A DNA stretch of 64,000 bases from Novosphingobium sp. Lineage in GTDB: Bacteria > Pseudomonadota > Alphaproteobacteria > Sphingomonadales > Sphingomonadaceae. The position numbers and the translations under genes are program-made. The notes below the pieces were generated by a model. The model searched no databases. It worked only from the letters and a program-made list of their open reading frames with translations, and was not told the DNA's origin. Below, piece after piece: positions 44,903 through 52,958 of this stretch (position 1 is the stretch's first letter; the number at the start of each line of letters is the position of its first letter). The DNA is taken from assembly GCF_027486195.1 (NCBI RefSeq), contig NZ_JAIXPP010000042.1, positions 4,554 through 68,553 on the forward strand. Reading direction: 5' to 3'.

Positions 44903-46582
44903 TCATGGCTTTGGCTGCGCGGCTGCCTGTGCAGCCTGCGCCATTTTCTGCTGCAACAGGATGACGGGTGATGGCTCGCGCCGCCGCCAGATCGACCAGC
45001 GAATGGCAAGGCCCCACAGCTCGGTCAGCACCGCAAGCGCGCCGACCAGCAGGAACACGTCGTTGAAGGCGAGAATGTTGGCTTCGCGCGCAACCTGCTG
45101 CGCAACAAGCGCACCACCAGCCGCGCCGCGCAGCGCGGCGTCACCCTGGGTCGGCGCCAGCACGCCCGCGCTGCCGCGCATCCGCGCCGCGACGACCGGA
45201 TCGGTCATCACGATCGACTGCACCAGTTCGTGCGAGTGGTACTTCTCGCGCTCGATCTGGTAGGTGCCCAGCAGCGCCGTCCCGACTAGCCCGCCGACAC
45301 TCTGGCTCATGGCGAAGAGGACGACAAAGCTGATGAAATGCTTTGGCCCCGCCAGTAGCGTGCGCGAGATGCCGATGACCATCGCCTGCGCCAGGAACAG
45401 CAGCGATGCAAACCCGATTAGCGCCTGGCTGAAATAGAGGTTTTCCGGCCGCGTCAGATTGGTGGCCGAGGCGTCGATGAACGCCCCGATCGCGATCAGC
45501 AGCACGGCAAAGTTGATCGGCGCGGTGAGGTTGCTGGGCCGGAACGTAAGAACTGCCGTCGCGAGGCCAGCGAGCGAGGCGGCAACGACGATCAGGTTCA
45601 GCGTCACCATCTGGTCGTTGCTCATGCCAAGGACAGTGAGCAGGCCGATCGAGCCGAATGCCTGTTCGGAGAGGAGGATGCGGATCGAGGCGGCAACGAG
45701 GATCAGCCGCACGAGGTGGCGCGTGCCGAGCCAGCGTGTCTGGATCAGCGGATTTTCCCGTAGATGCTCCAGGATGAGCGAGGCGCCGATCAGCACGACG
45801 CTCAGCACCAGCGCGATCCCCATCCACGGGCGCTCGGTCCACCATTCGATGCGGCCTTCGGAGAGCACCGCGACGAGGAGGCCAATGCCCGGCGCAAACA
45901 GCGCGAAGGTGAGGAAATCGAGCGGCTCGAACACCTTTTCGCGCTCGCTAGGCGGCAACGGGAGCGCCATGACCGCCGCGAGCGTAGCAAGCGCGAGGCC
46001 GAGCTCGAACCAGTAGAGCATGTGCCAGTCTCCCCAGTCGAGCAGCCGGGGCGAGAGCGCACGGGCAAGCGGTGTCGCCAGCATGGGCACGCAGATGCCG
46101 ATCATCGCGCCCGCCAGCCGGCGCGGCGCGGTCATGCTCTGCATGAAGTAGAGGATCGTCAGCGTCGAAAGGCCGCTCGCAGCGATGCCGCTGATCGCCC
46201 GGACGGCGACTGCTGACCAGAAATCGTGAACGAAAAGGTGCAGCAGCGTGGACACCGCATAGGCCGCGAGCATCCAGCGGATGAACGGCTGCAATCCGAA
46301 CTGCTGGCGATACTTCACCAGCAAGAGGTTGGACGGCACATTTGTCATGAAATACGCCGCCGTCAGCCAGGTCGCCTCGTCGCTGTAGAGTCCGAGCGAG
46401 CCTTGCGCGAAGCCCAGATTGACAAGGGTCAGCGCATTGCCCAGCCCGCCGGTGATGCCGACCAGCGCGCCAATCGCGAAATAGCCGCGCCGCCGCGATG
46501 CGGGATGATCGGGATTCGCGGGCGAACCAGGCAGCGTTGGCCGTTCGTGCAGCTTGAAGACATAGGGCGCCTCCTCGGTCAT
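44903..46582 (-). CDS. MFS transporter, DHA2/EmrB-like (14 TMS class)
   Basis: 559 aa, highly hydrophobic. GAAGGAG RBS. Confidence 0.9.
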   Translation of the reverse strand: MTEEAPYVFKLHERPTLPGSPANPDHPASRRRGYFAIGALVGITGGLGNALTLVNLGFAQGSLGLYSDEATWLTAAYFMTNVPSNLLLVKYRQQFGLQPFIRWMLAAYAVSTLLHLFVHDFWSAVAVRAISGIAASGLSTLTILYFMQSMTAPRRLAGAMIGICVPMLATPLARALSPRLLDWGDWHMLYWFELGLALATLAAVMALPLPPSEREKVFEPLDFLTFALFAPGIGLLVAVLSEGRIEWWTERPWMGIALVLSVVLIGASLILEHLRENPLIQTRWLGTRHLVRLILVAASIRILLSEQAFGSIGLLTVLGMSNDQMVTLNLIVVAASLAGLATAVLTFRPSNLTAPINFAVLLIAIGAFIDASATNLTRPENLYFSQALIGFASLLFLAQAMVIGISRTLLAGPKHFISFVVLFAMSQSVGGLVGTALLGTYQIEREKYHSHELVQSIVMTDPVVAARMRGSAGVLAPTQGDAALRGAAGGALVAQQVAREANILAFNDVFLLVGALAVLTELWGLAIRWSIWRRREPSPVILLQQKMAQAAQAAAQPKP

Positions 46583-46622
46583 CGTGGCGCTCCTTCAATG
46601 CCCGCCCGCATTGCTGCTGCGC

Positions 46623-46748
46623 TCAACGCCAATAGGCATTGGCGGCGGCGATCGTCTGGAAGTTCACCGCCATGCGCGACAGCTTCATCGCGAGGGCAAA
46701 GCCGGCTTCGGCCGTGTCGGTCACAAGTGTTTCAAGACAGGTGGTCAT
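46623..46748 (-). CDS. 41-codon mini-ORF leading the efflux operon
   Basis: AAGGAG sits 7 nt before the ATG. Translation: MTTCLETLVTDTAEAGFALAMKLSRMAVNFQTIAAANAYWR. It ends 40 nt before the MFS start. No homology recognised. Confidence 0.35.
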   Translation of the reverse strand: MTTCLETLVTDTAEAGFALAMKLSRMAVNFQTIAAANAYWR

Positions 46749-46779
46749 GATCTCGCTCCTTCAGTGCAAGGCAAAAGCA

Positions 46780-46814
46780 AAGTGTTATCGATGCCGCCCG
46801 GAATCGCCCGTTCC
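46780..46814 (-). promoter_or_regulatory. bipartite motif GGAAC-N19-CGATAACACTT (copy A)
   Basis: Read on the minus strand it lies 31 nt upstream of the mini-ORF ATG. The same 11-mer and spacing recur at 47081-47115. Confidence 0.35.
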
Positions 46815-47080
46815 AGCAACATTTTTTATCGTGTTTTTCGGTACTTGGCTTGCCGAAAGTAAAGCGCAAGGGCCGCTCTCGGCCGCGGTGACCGCGATCG
46901 TTGCCCGAAGCGCCCAGCCCCTCGCAGATTGTGGGCCAAAGCGCAGGATGTCCGCCATCGCGGTCGGCATGGGCTGCCTCTGCGGTGTGGGCAAGATCGC
47001 TGGGCAGGTCGCTCATTGCAGTGTCTCCGGCATCGGCGAAGCCTCGTTTTGCTGTTGCGGAGTTAAGCCCGTTTCCCTCC

Positions 47081-47115
47081 AAGTGTTATCGGCCAGCGCG
47101 GCATTTGATTGTTGC
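47081..47115 (-). promoter_or_regulatory. bipartite motif GCAAC-N19-CGATAACACTT (copy B)
   Basis: Identical CGATAACACTT 11-mer with a 19-nt spacer to GCAAC. It lies 65 nt upstream of ATG 47016, which opens an ORF whose start resembles the mini-ORF. Confidence 0.3.
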
Positions 47116-47216
47116 CCGAAACGCCCCAATATGCCCGGTATCGGGAAAGCGGTCAGGCATGGCCGGGTCTGGCGCGCAGCTATCCGATTGCTCATCGTCG
47201 CACCCCAGGCACAGAG

Positions 47217-47423
47217 CTAGAGGTCCCAGCAGGGAGGGTTGCGGAAGGTCTCTCTCAGCCAGTTGGTGAGCAACGTCATTTTCGCGCTCGCGCTGCGGGC
47301 GAGCGAGTAGCAGACGAACAGCTCCGCGCCCTCGGTCAACGCGTGCTTCCGCGCGGTGCGCTGGATCAGGCAGTCCGAGGTCGCGCGTTCCGGTTCGGAC
47401 AGCCGCTCGCTGACGGTGGACAT
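47217..47423 (-). pseudogene. C-terminal fragment of a LysR-type regulator (tentative)
   Basis: ...AELFVCYSLARSASAKMTLLTNWLRETF... resembles LysR C-termini. No HTH or N-terminal part exists upstream. Confidence 0.35.
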
Positions 47424-47583
47424 GGCAGGCTTCGCCTTCGCGGCGGAAAACCGCACCCCGGTGAAGCATTTCGTGCTGATGGACGCGCCGATCCCCGGGG
47501 TCGGGCCCTGGGAGGAAATGCTGAAAAGCCCGCTGCTCTGGCACTTCCGGTTCGGCGGGCCGGACAAGGCCGAATTGCATTAA
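47422..47583 (+). pseudogene. internal fragment of an alpha/beta hydrolase (epoxide hydrolase/dehalogenase-like)
   Basis: MAGFAFAAENRTPVKHFVLMDAPIPGVGPWEEMLKSPLLWHFRFGGPD matches the region after the nucleophile of epoxide-hydrolase-type enzymes. The N- and C-terminal parts are absent. Confidence 0.45.
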
Positions 47584-47710
47584 ACTCTATGCAAAAAGGT
47601 CAATGCTCGCAGCGAGCCTGCCTGCAAGACAACTTTGAACCACAGTTTGCCAAATGAGAAGGGGCATTCTAGTTATGTGAAAAATGCGCTAGCGCGAAGA
47701 GGATCCTGTC

Positions 47711-49390
47711 TTGCAAAAACGCCTGCTCGGAATGGCCGTGGCCTTGGCGGCGCTGCCGGTGTCGGTTGCCATGGCCGCCGAACCGCTCCCCGCCCTGCTC
47801 GATCGCCAGCTGCTGGTGGACGGCAAGCCCTATCTGGCGCTGGGCGGCGAGCTCCACAATTCCAGCGCTTCCAGCCCGGAATACATGGGTCCGGTGTGGG
47901 ACAAGCTTCAGGCCATGCATGTACGCACGGTGGTCTCGACCGTGTCGTGGGAGGACTCGGAGCCAAAGGAAGGCCGGTTCGATTTCAGCCTTGTCGACGC
48001 GCAGATCGCCGAGGCTCGGGGGCGCAACATGCGGATCGTGCTCATCTGGTTCGGGGCCTTCAAGAATGCTTCGTCCACCTATGCGCCAACATGGGTCCGC
48101 GCAGACACTTCGCGCTTCCCCCGTGCGGTCGCCAAGGGCGCACTGAAGGAGGCGTTCACCTACCCCGGCGCCATGCCCAAGCCGGTACTTTCGGTGTTCT
48201 CGCCCGAATTGCTCAAGGCGGATCGCAAGGCCTTCGCGGCGCTGATGAAGCATCTGGCCACGGTCGACGCGGACCACCGCGTGATCATGGTGCAGGTGAA
48301 CAACGAATCCGGACTGCTACGCGACAGCCGCGATCGCTCGGCTCTGGCAGAAGCGGCGTGGAGGGCACCGGTGCCGACGGAACTCTTGAGGTTCCTTGGC
48401 GCAAACCGTTCCGCCCTGAAACCAGAGCTCGATGCGTTGTGGGCCCGTCAGGGTCGCCGCTCCTCCGGCACGTGGGCCGAGGTATTCGGAACCGACTGGC
48501 AGGCCGACGAGGTGTTCATGGCCTGGCACTTTGCCCGCTACATGGAAGCTCTGGCTGCGGCGGGCAAAGCGGAACTCAAGCTGCCGATGTATACCAATGG
48601 CTGGCTGGGTCCGCAGGACGGCCAGCCCACGGCAGGGCAGTATCCCAGCGGGGGTCCCGCGCGGCGCGTGCTCGATGTCTGGCGCGCAGCGGCGCCTTCG
48701 CTCGATATGCTCTCACCCGACATCTACACGCCCAACGCCAAGCAGGTGCTGGCCGACTACGATCATGCGGGAAACCCCCTATTCGTGCCCGAGGCTGAAT
48801 TTCGCACAGGCAACCTGTTCTGGGCGCTCGGGCAGCATCGCGCGATCGGTTACTCGGTTTTCGGGATCGAGGATGGGCGAGTCGATAGCCAACTCGCGCA
48901 GGCCTTGTCCCAGCTTTCTGGCTTGGACGCGGTGATTGCGCGCGCGCAGGCGGAAGGACGCATCGCGGGAGTTCTGCTCGACGATGGCAAGCCCGCCGTG
49001 ATCACGTTGGGCGGCTACAGCATTACGGTTCAGGAGACGATGGGACTGCTGCGGCAAATGCTGCTCGACGTCGGACTTCAGGCACCCCCGCCGCCACCGC
49101 CACTACCCAGCGAGACGGAAGGGCCGCTGGCCCGGCCTGCGCCGGGGGATGGGCGGGCATTCGGCATCATCATTGCCGAGGGGAAAGACACATTCCTGAT
49201 CATCGGCAAGGGCTTTACCGCCGACTTCTCCAAGGGTTCGGTGCTCGCCGAACTCGACCGGGTCGAAGAAGGGCGCATGACTGCCGAAGGCTGGAAGCCC
49301 GGCCGAAACCTGAATGGTGACGAACGGCTGAGCATCGTGCCGACTGACCGCGTCGGCACGATCCGGATCAGGCTGATGCCTCCGGGCTGA
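47711..49390 (+). CDS. secreted glycoside hydrolase (GH35/GH42-like TIM barrel with C-terminal beta domain)
   Basis: Signal peptide MQKRLLGMAVALAALPVSVAMA, then GGELHNSSAS...VSWEDSEPKEGRFDF...IVLIWFGAFKNASSTYAP...VNNESG. TTG start with a GAGGA RBS. Confidence 0.7.
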   Translation: MQKRLLGMAVALAALPVSVAMAAEPLPALLDRQLLVDGKPYLALGGELHNSSASSPEYMGPVWDKLQAMHVRTVVSTVSWEDSEPKEGRFDFSLVDAQIAEARGRNMRIVLIWFGAFKNASSTYAPTWVRADTSRFPRAVAKGALKEAFTYPGAMPKPVLSVFSPELLKADRKAFAALMKHLATVDADHRVIMVQVNNESGLLRDSRDRSALAEAAWRAPVPTELLRFLGANRSALKPELDALWARQGRRSSGTWAEVFGTDWQADEVFMAWHFARYMEALAAAGKAELKLPMYTNGWLGPQDGQPTAGQYPSGGPARRVLDVWRAAAPSLDMLSPDIYTPNAKQVLADYDHAGNPLFVPEAEFRTGNLFWALGQHRAIGYSVFGIEDGRVDSQLAQALSQLSGLDAVIARAQAEGRIAGVLLDDGKPAVITLGGYSITVQETMGLLRQMLLDVGLQAPPPPPPLPSETEGPLARPAPGDGRAFGIIIAEGKDTFLIIGKGFTADFSKGSVLAELDRVEEGRMTAEGWKPGRNLNGDERLSIVPTDRVGTIRIRLMPPG

Positions 49391-49400
49391 GCGCAGCGAC

Positions 49401-50225
49401 CTAGAAACCTGCTCCCAAGCGCAGGCCCAATTTGACATCGGGCACGCCCCGGCTCAGCCCGGCTTCGCTTTGCAGCCCCAGTTGCAGCTTGCGCCCGATG
49501 CCAACGCCCACTCCGAAGCCGATGCTCTGGCGGTCAGTGAGCGCGCGCGCTGCGGATTGCTCGTAGGAATAGGAAATCGCCGCCGATGCCCGCGACGAGA
49601 GCGCAATGCGCGTTCCGGCCGAGGCCGCGAGCGTGTTACGCACGGCAAACCCCTCTGGCTTGCCGACGAGAGTGTATCCCACAGCTGCAAACGGCGTAAT
49701 GCCGCCGCGCAAGGGACGGGCGATTTCGGCGTTCACCGCGTAATCGACCTTGCCGGTGCCCAGGCCCTTGCTGCGCGAGGCAGTCGGCAGCTTCATCCCG
49801 GCGCCGAGCGAGGCGATGAAGCCTGCTGCTGGCACGTCGTAGGCGGCCTCGATTGCCGCATCGCCGATCCCTTCGCGCCGCGTCCGCACCGTTTGGCTGG
49901 TGTTGCTGCCCAGCAGCGGGGTTCCAAACAGACCGCCCTGACTGACGACCACGTCGATCGGCGCCGTTGTCCGCACATAGGGTACGGCCGCTGCCAGCCT
50001 CACCCGCCCCTTGCGCATGCTCACTGCGATCTTCGCCGATGCGGTTTCGACCTTCGCACCGGTGCCGTATTTGCCTTGCTCATAGTCCAAACCGCCAAAG
50101 ACCTCGGCAGTAGTTCGGCTTTTTGGGGTTTCAGGCGGACCAGATGCGGAAAGCTCTTGCGCCGAAGCCGGCAGGGGCAGCGCGAGAACTGCGGTCAGAA
50201 CGCCGGAAATCATGAACTTGCGCAT
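49401..50225 (-). CDS. outer-membrane beta-barrel protein (MetA-pathway/phenol-degradation-like transporter family)
   Basis: Signal peptide MRKFMISGVLTAVLALPLPASA, alternating beta pattern, GIGDAAIE motif and terminal ...LGAGF. Confidence 0.55.
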   Translation of the reverse strand: MRKFMISGVLTAVLALPLPASAQELSASGPPETPKSRTTAEVFGGLDYEQGKYGTGAKVETASAKIAVSMRKGRVRLAAAVPYVRTTAPIDVVVSQGGLFGTPLLGSNTSQTVRTRREGIGDAAIEAAYDVPAAGFIASLGAGMKLPTASRSKGLGTGKVDYAVNAEIARPLRGGITPFAAVGYTLVGKPEGFAVRNTLAASAGTRIALSSRASAAISYSYEQSAARALTDRQSIGFGVGVGIGRKLQLGLQSEAGLSRGVPDVKLGLRLGAGF

Positions 50226-50313
50226 GGTCGTCTCCACGATATGGCGGCTCACAGGGCCGTACCTTCGTGGCGAAAACGAACGCCGCGCGCCGCTTAATCC
50301 ATCGTGCCGGCAA

Positions 50314-51069
50314 TCAGTGTGGCGTCTTGCGCCAACCGCGGGCCTTCGCGTCCTGTTCCTGCGCAGCGTCGAGTGCGCCGTCCGGCGCCATGTCCTGCGC
50401 CATGGCCATCAGCGCGGCATCGGTGCTGCCCGCTTGGCGATAATCGCCCGACTGGCCCGCCGTAGCGCCAAACACCTTGCGCAGCTGCCAGCCTTGTTCA
50501 TCGCGGCAAGCGATTCCGGCCTGCGCCTTGCCCGCGAAGGCGCGGCAATAAGTTCCGGTCCTGTCGCGGAAGCTGAGCAGGATGCGCGTCGGTGCCGTAC
50601 CGGATGTTTCGCCGGATAGTTGCTTGCCGAGTGCGTCGGCAAGTGGCCCTGAAGCATAGTCCGGACCATTCGCCATCGGAGTTTCCCGATCGGCAAGCCG
50701 GGGCAGCAGGACGGCCAGAACCAGCGTGGCAGCCAGCGCAGGTCCGGCAATCCACGCCCAGCGCCGCAAGTACCCTTGCCGCCAGTCCGTAGCGGGAGCC
50801 GGCCGGCGGCCCGCCCGTTCCTTCCGCGCTGCGGCGAAATCGATCACCTGGCCTTGCGGCTCCTTCAATGCCGCCGTCAGTCGCTCCGGGATGGGCGCAT
50901 CCATGAACGGGGCGAAATGGGCGGAAAGCTGGTCCCGCAGTGCGCGATGCTGCACCACCTGGCGGACAAGATCGGGATCGAGCGCGACCACAGCGGCAAT
51001 GGCCCGCGCCTCCGCTTCCGGGAGCTGACCATCGGCAAAGGCCGCAAGCTGTTCCGGGGTGATTGTCAT
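50314..51069 (-). CDS. anti-sigma factor
   Basis: Its ATG overlaps the sigma stop. N-terminal anti-sigma helix (MTITPEQLAAFADGQLPEAEARAIAAVV...) and a central TM segment (WAWIAGPALAATLVLAVLL). Confidence 0.7.
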   Translation of the reverse strand: MTITPEQLAAFADGQLPEAEARAIAAVVALDPDLVRQVVQHRALRDQLSAHFAPFMDAPIPERLTAALKEPQGQVIDFAAARKERAGRRPAPATDWRQGYLRRWAWIAGPALAATLVLAVLLPRLADRETPMANGPDYASGPLADALGKQLSGETSGTAPTRILLSFRDRTGTYCRAFAGKAQAGIACRDEQGWQLRKVFGATAGQSGDYRQAGSTDAALMAMAQDMAPDGALDAAQEQDAKARGWRKTPH

Positions 51070-51566
51070 GGCGTAGTCCCAAGCAAAGTGAGCAATGCAT
51101 CGCGGCCGCGTACCAGCCGCGAATTCAGCGTACCGACCGGGCAGCCGACGATCTCGGCGGCTTCCTTGTAAGAATAGCCCTCGACCATCACGAGCAGCAC
51201 CGCCTCGCGCTGCTCGGTAGGCAGGCGCGCGAGGGCGCGATCGATGTTGCCAAGCTCGACAACAGCCTCCTGATCGCCGTTGGCTCCTTCGGCTGTGCCG
51301 TGTTCCTCATCGACGAAGGTTTGCCACCGGCGTGAGCGGGAACGCGTTTCGTCAATCCAGATGTTGCGCATGATCCTGAACATCCAGCTGTCGAGCCGTG
51401 TCCCTTCCTGCCACTGATCCCGGCGGGCAAGCGCACGTTCGATGGTCATCTGGCACAGATCGTCGCCGTCGGCCTGATCGCGCGCCAGCCCGACCGCAAA
51501 CCGCCGCAGGCGCGGCAGGTGCGTCAGGATCTGCGATTCGAAGCGTTCGGCCAGCTTTCTTTCCTT
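51066..51566 (-). CDS. ECF sigma factor with 5' anomaly (no canonical start in frame)
   Basis: Region 2 (LPRLRRFAVGLARDQADGDDLCQMTIERAL...DSWMFRIMRNIWIDE) and region 4 (EAVLLVMVEGYSYKEAAEIVGCPVGTLNSRL). The conserved region 2.1 lies upstream of the first in-frame ATG (51449). ATG 51570 is one nucleotide out of frame. Confidence 0.75.
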   Translation of the reverse strand, partial: KERKLAERFESQILTHLPRLRRFAVGLARDQADGDDLCQMTIERALARRDQWQEGTRLDSWMFRIMRNIWIDETRSRSRRWQTFVDEEHGTAEGANGDQEAVVELGNIDRALARLPTEQREAVLLVMVEGYSYKEAAEIVGCPVGTLNSRLVRGRDALLTLLGTTP

Positions 51567-51636
51567 TCATGGATGAAACGCCCGGCTCCGCTCGTTTAAT
51601 CCGCAGTTCAGCAAAAAGAATCAAGGCTTCAACGTC

Positions 51637-52860
51637 ATGCACTTGCGCCGGCTCCTATCACTCACGCTGGTCGTGGCTGCCGCTCCGGCTGCTGCACAGC
51701 TCGGCCTGCCCGGCATCGACCAGACGCTGGGCCGGGTGAGGGGCAGCATAGACGGTCTTGTCGATCAGGCGGTGGGCACCCGCCTCGAGACGGTGGAACG
51801 CCTCGCCTCGGTCCGGACCCTGCGGCTGGACCGACTGGTGCGCGATCACCGCGAAGCCATCGAGTTCGACGGGGATGGCCAGCCTGCGCGGCGCGGCGAG
51901 CTTCTGCTCGAGGGTGCGGACGATGCATCGCTCGCGCGTGCGCTGCAGGCTGGTTTCACCCTCATCGCCCGCGAGGACGTGCCCGAGCTTGGCATCTCGG
52001 TCCTCCGCCTTGCGGTGCCAGCCGGCCAGTCGCTCGCCCGAGCGCAGCGGGAGCTGCACGGGCTGCTGCCTGGCGCGACGATCGCTGCGGATCAGCTCTA
52101 CCTCGCATCTGGCAAGGCAGCAGCAGGCTCGCCCGGCAAGGCGGTGCCGCCGCTCGAAGCCGTGTCCACGCGGATCGGGGTGATCGACGGAGCGCCTGCG
52201 GCTTCCGCGCCGGTCGCTGCCTTGCGCGGCTTTGCGCGCGGTGCGCCACTTGCCTGCGATCATGGCAGCGCGGTCGTCTCGCTGCTGCTGCATGCGGGCG
52301 CTTCCCAGATCGTGGCGGCTGATGTCTATGGCACCGATCCCGCCGGCGGGAATGCCATGGCCATCGCGCAGGCGCTGGGCTGGATGGTCGCGCAGCAGGC
52401 GCGGGTCGTCTCGATCAGTCTGGTCGGCCCGCGCAATCCGGTGCTGGAGCGCGCGATCAAGGCGGTCCAGGCGCGCGGCGCGGTCGTGGTGGCGGCGGTC
52501 GGCAACGATGGTCCTGCCGCGCCGCCGTCGTTTCCCGCCTCCTATCCCGGCGTACTCGCCGTGACAGCGGTCGATGGCCGCAACCGCGCCCTGATCGAGG
52601 CCGGCCGCGCGCTCCATCTCGATTATGCCGCTCCGGGCGCCGATATGCTGGCGGCCAACGCTGCCGGGGTGTGGAAGCCGGTGCGCGGCACATCCTTTGC
52701 CGCGCCTCTGGTCGCGGTGCGCACCGCGCATGCCTTGTCAGGCGCAGGCGCGCGCTGGCAGGCCGAGCTTGACGGCGAAGCGCACGATCTTGGCCGCCGC
52801 GGGCCTGATCCCGTCTTCGGGCGCGGCCTCATCTGCGGCCTTTGCCGCCGCACGCGATGA
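51637..52860 (+). CDS. S8-family (subtilisin-like) serine peptidase, secreted
   Basis: Signal peptide. Triad contexts are IGVIDG (Asp), DHGSAV (His) and GTSFAAPLV (Ser). Confidence 0.85.
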   Translation: MHLRRLLSLTLVVAAAPAAAQLGLPGIDQTLGRVRGSIDGLVDQAVGTRLETVERLASVRTLRLDRLVRDHREAIEFDGDGQPARRGELLLEGADDASLARALQAGFTLIAREDVPELGISVLRLAVPAGQSLARAQRELHGLLPGATIAADQLYLASGKAAAGSPGKAVPPLEAVSTRIGVIDGAPAASAPVAALRGFARGAPLACDHGSAVVSLLLHAGASQIVAADVYGTDPAGGNAMAIAQALGWMVAQQARVVSISLVGPRNPVLERAIKAVQARGAVVVAAVGNDGPAAPPSFPASYPGVLAVTAVDGRNRALIEAGRALHLDYAAPGADMLAANAAGVWKPVRGTSFAAPLVAVRTAHALSGAGARWQAELDGEAHDLGRRGPDPVFGRGLICGLCRRTR

Positions 52861-52958
52861 AATTTTCGCCTGTGATGGATTAAGCCGCAACGCCCATCCG
52901 TTTCCCTTGCATGCGGCACGAAAAGATCGTGCCCGCACCGGAACGAAAGGGAATTGCC

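Noticed and set aside
46732-47082. 116-aa ORF as a genuine protein.
   Set aside because: It runs through the copy-A motif and the RBS and start of the 41-codon mini-ORF in another frame. Only its first ~20 codons from ATG 47016 resemble anything, so it is treated as a decayed paralog.
51571-51636. ECF-type promoter (GAAAC ... CGTTTAA) for the S8 peptidase in the 66-bp divergent gap.
   Set aside because: The AAC-to-CGT spacing is only 13 nt (17 only if the poor GGATG is used as the -35 word), outside the usual 16-17 nt window.
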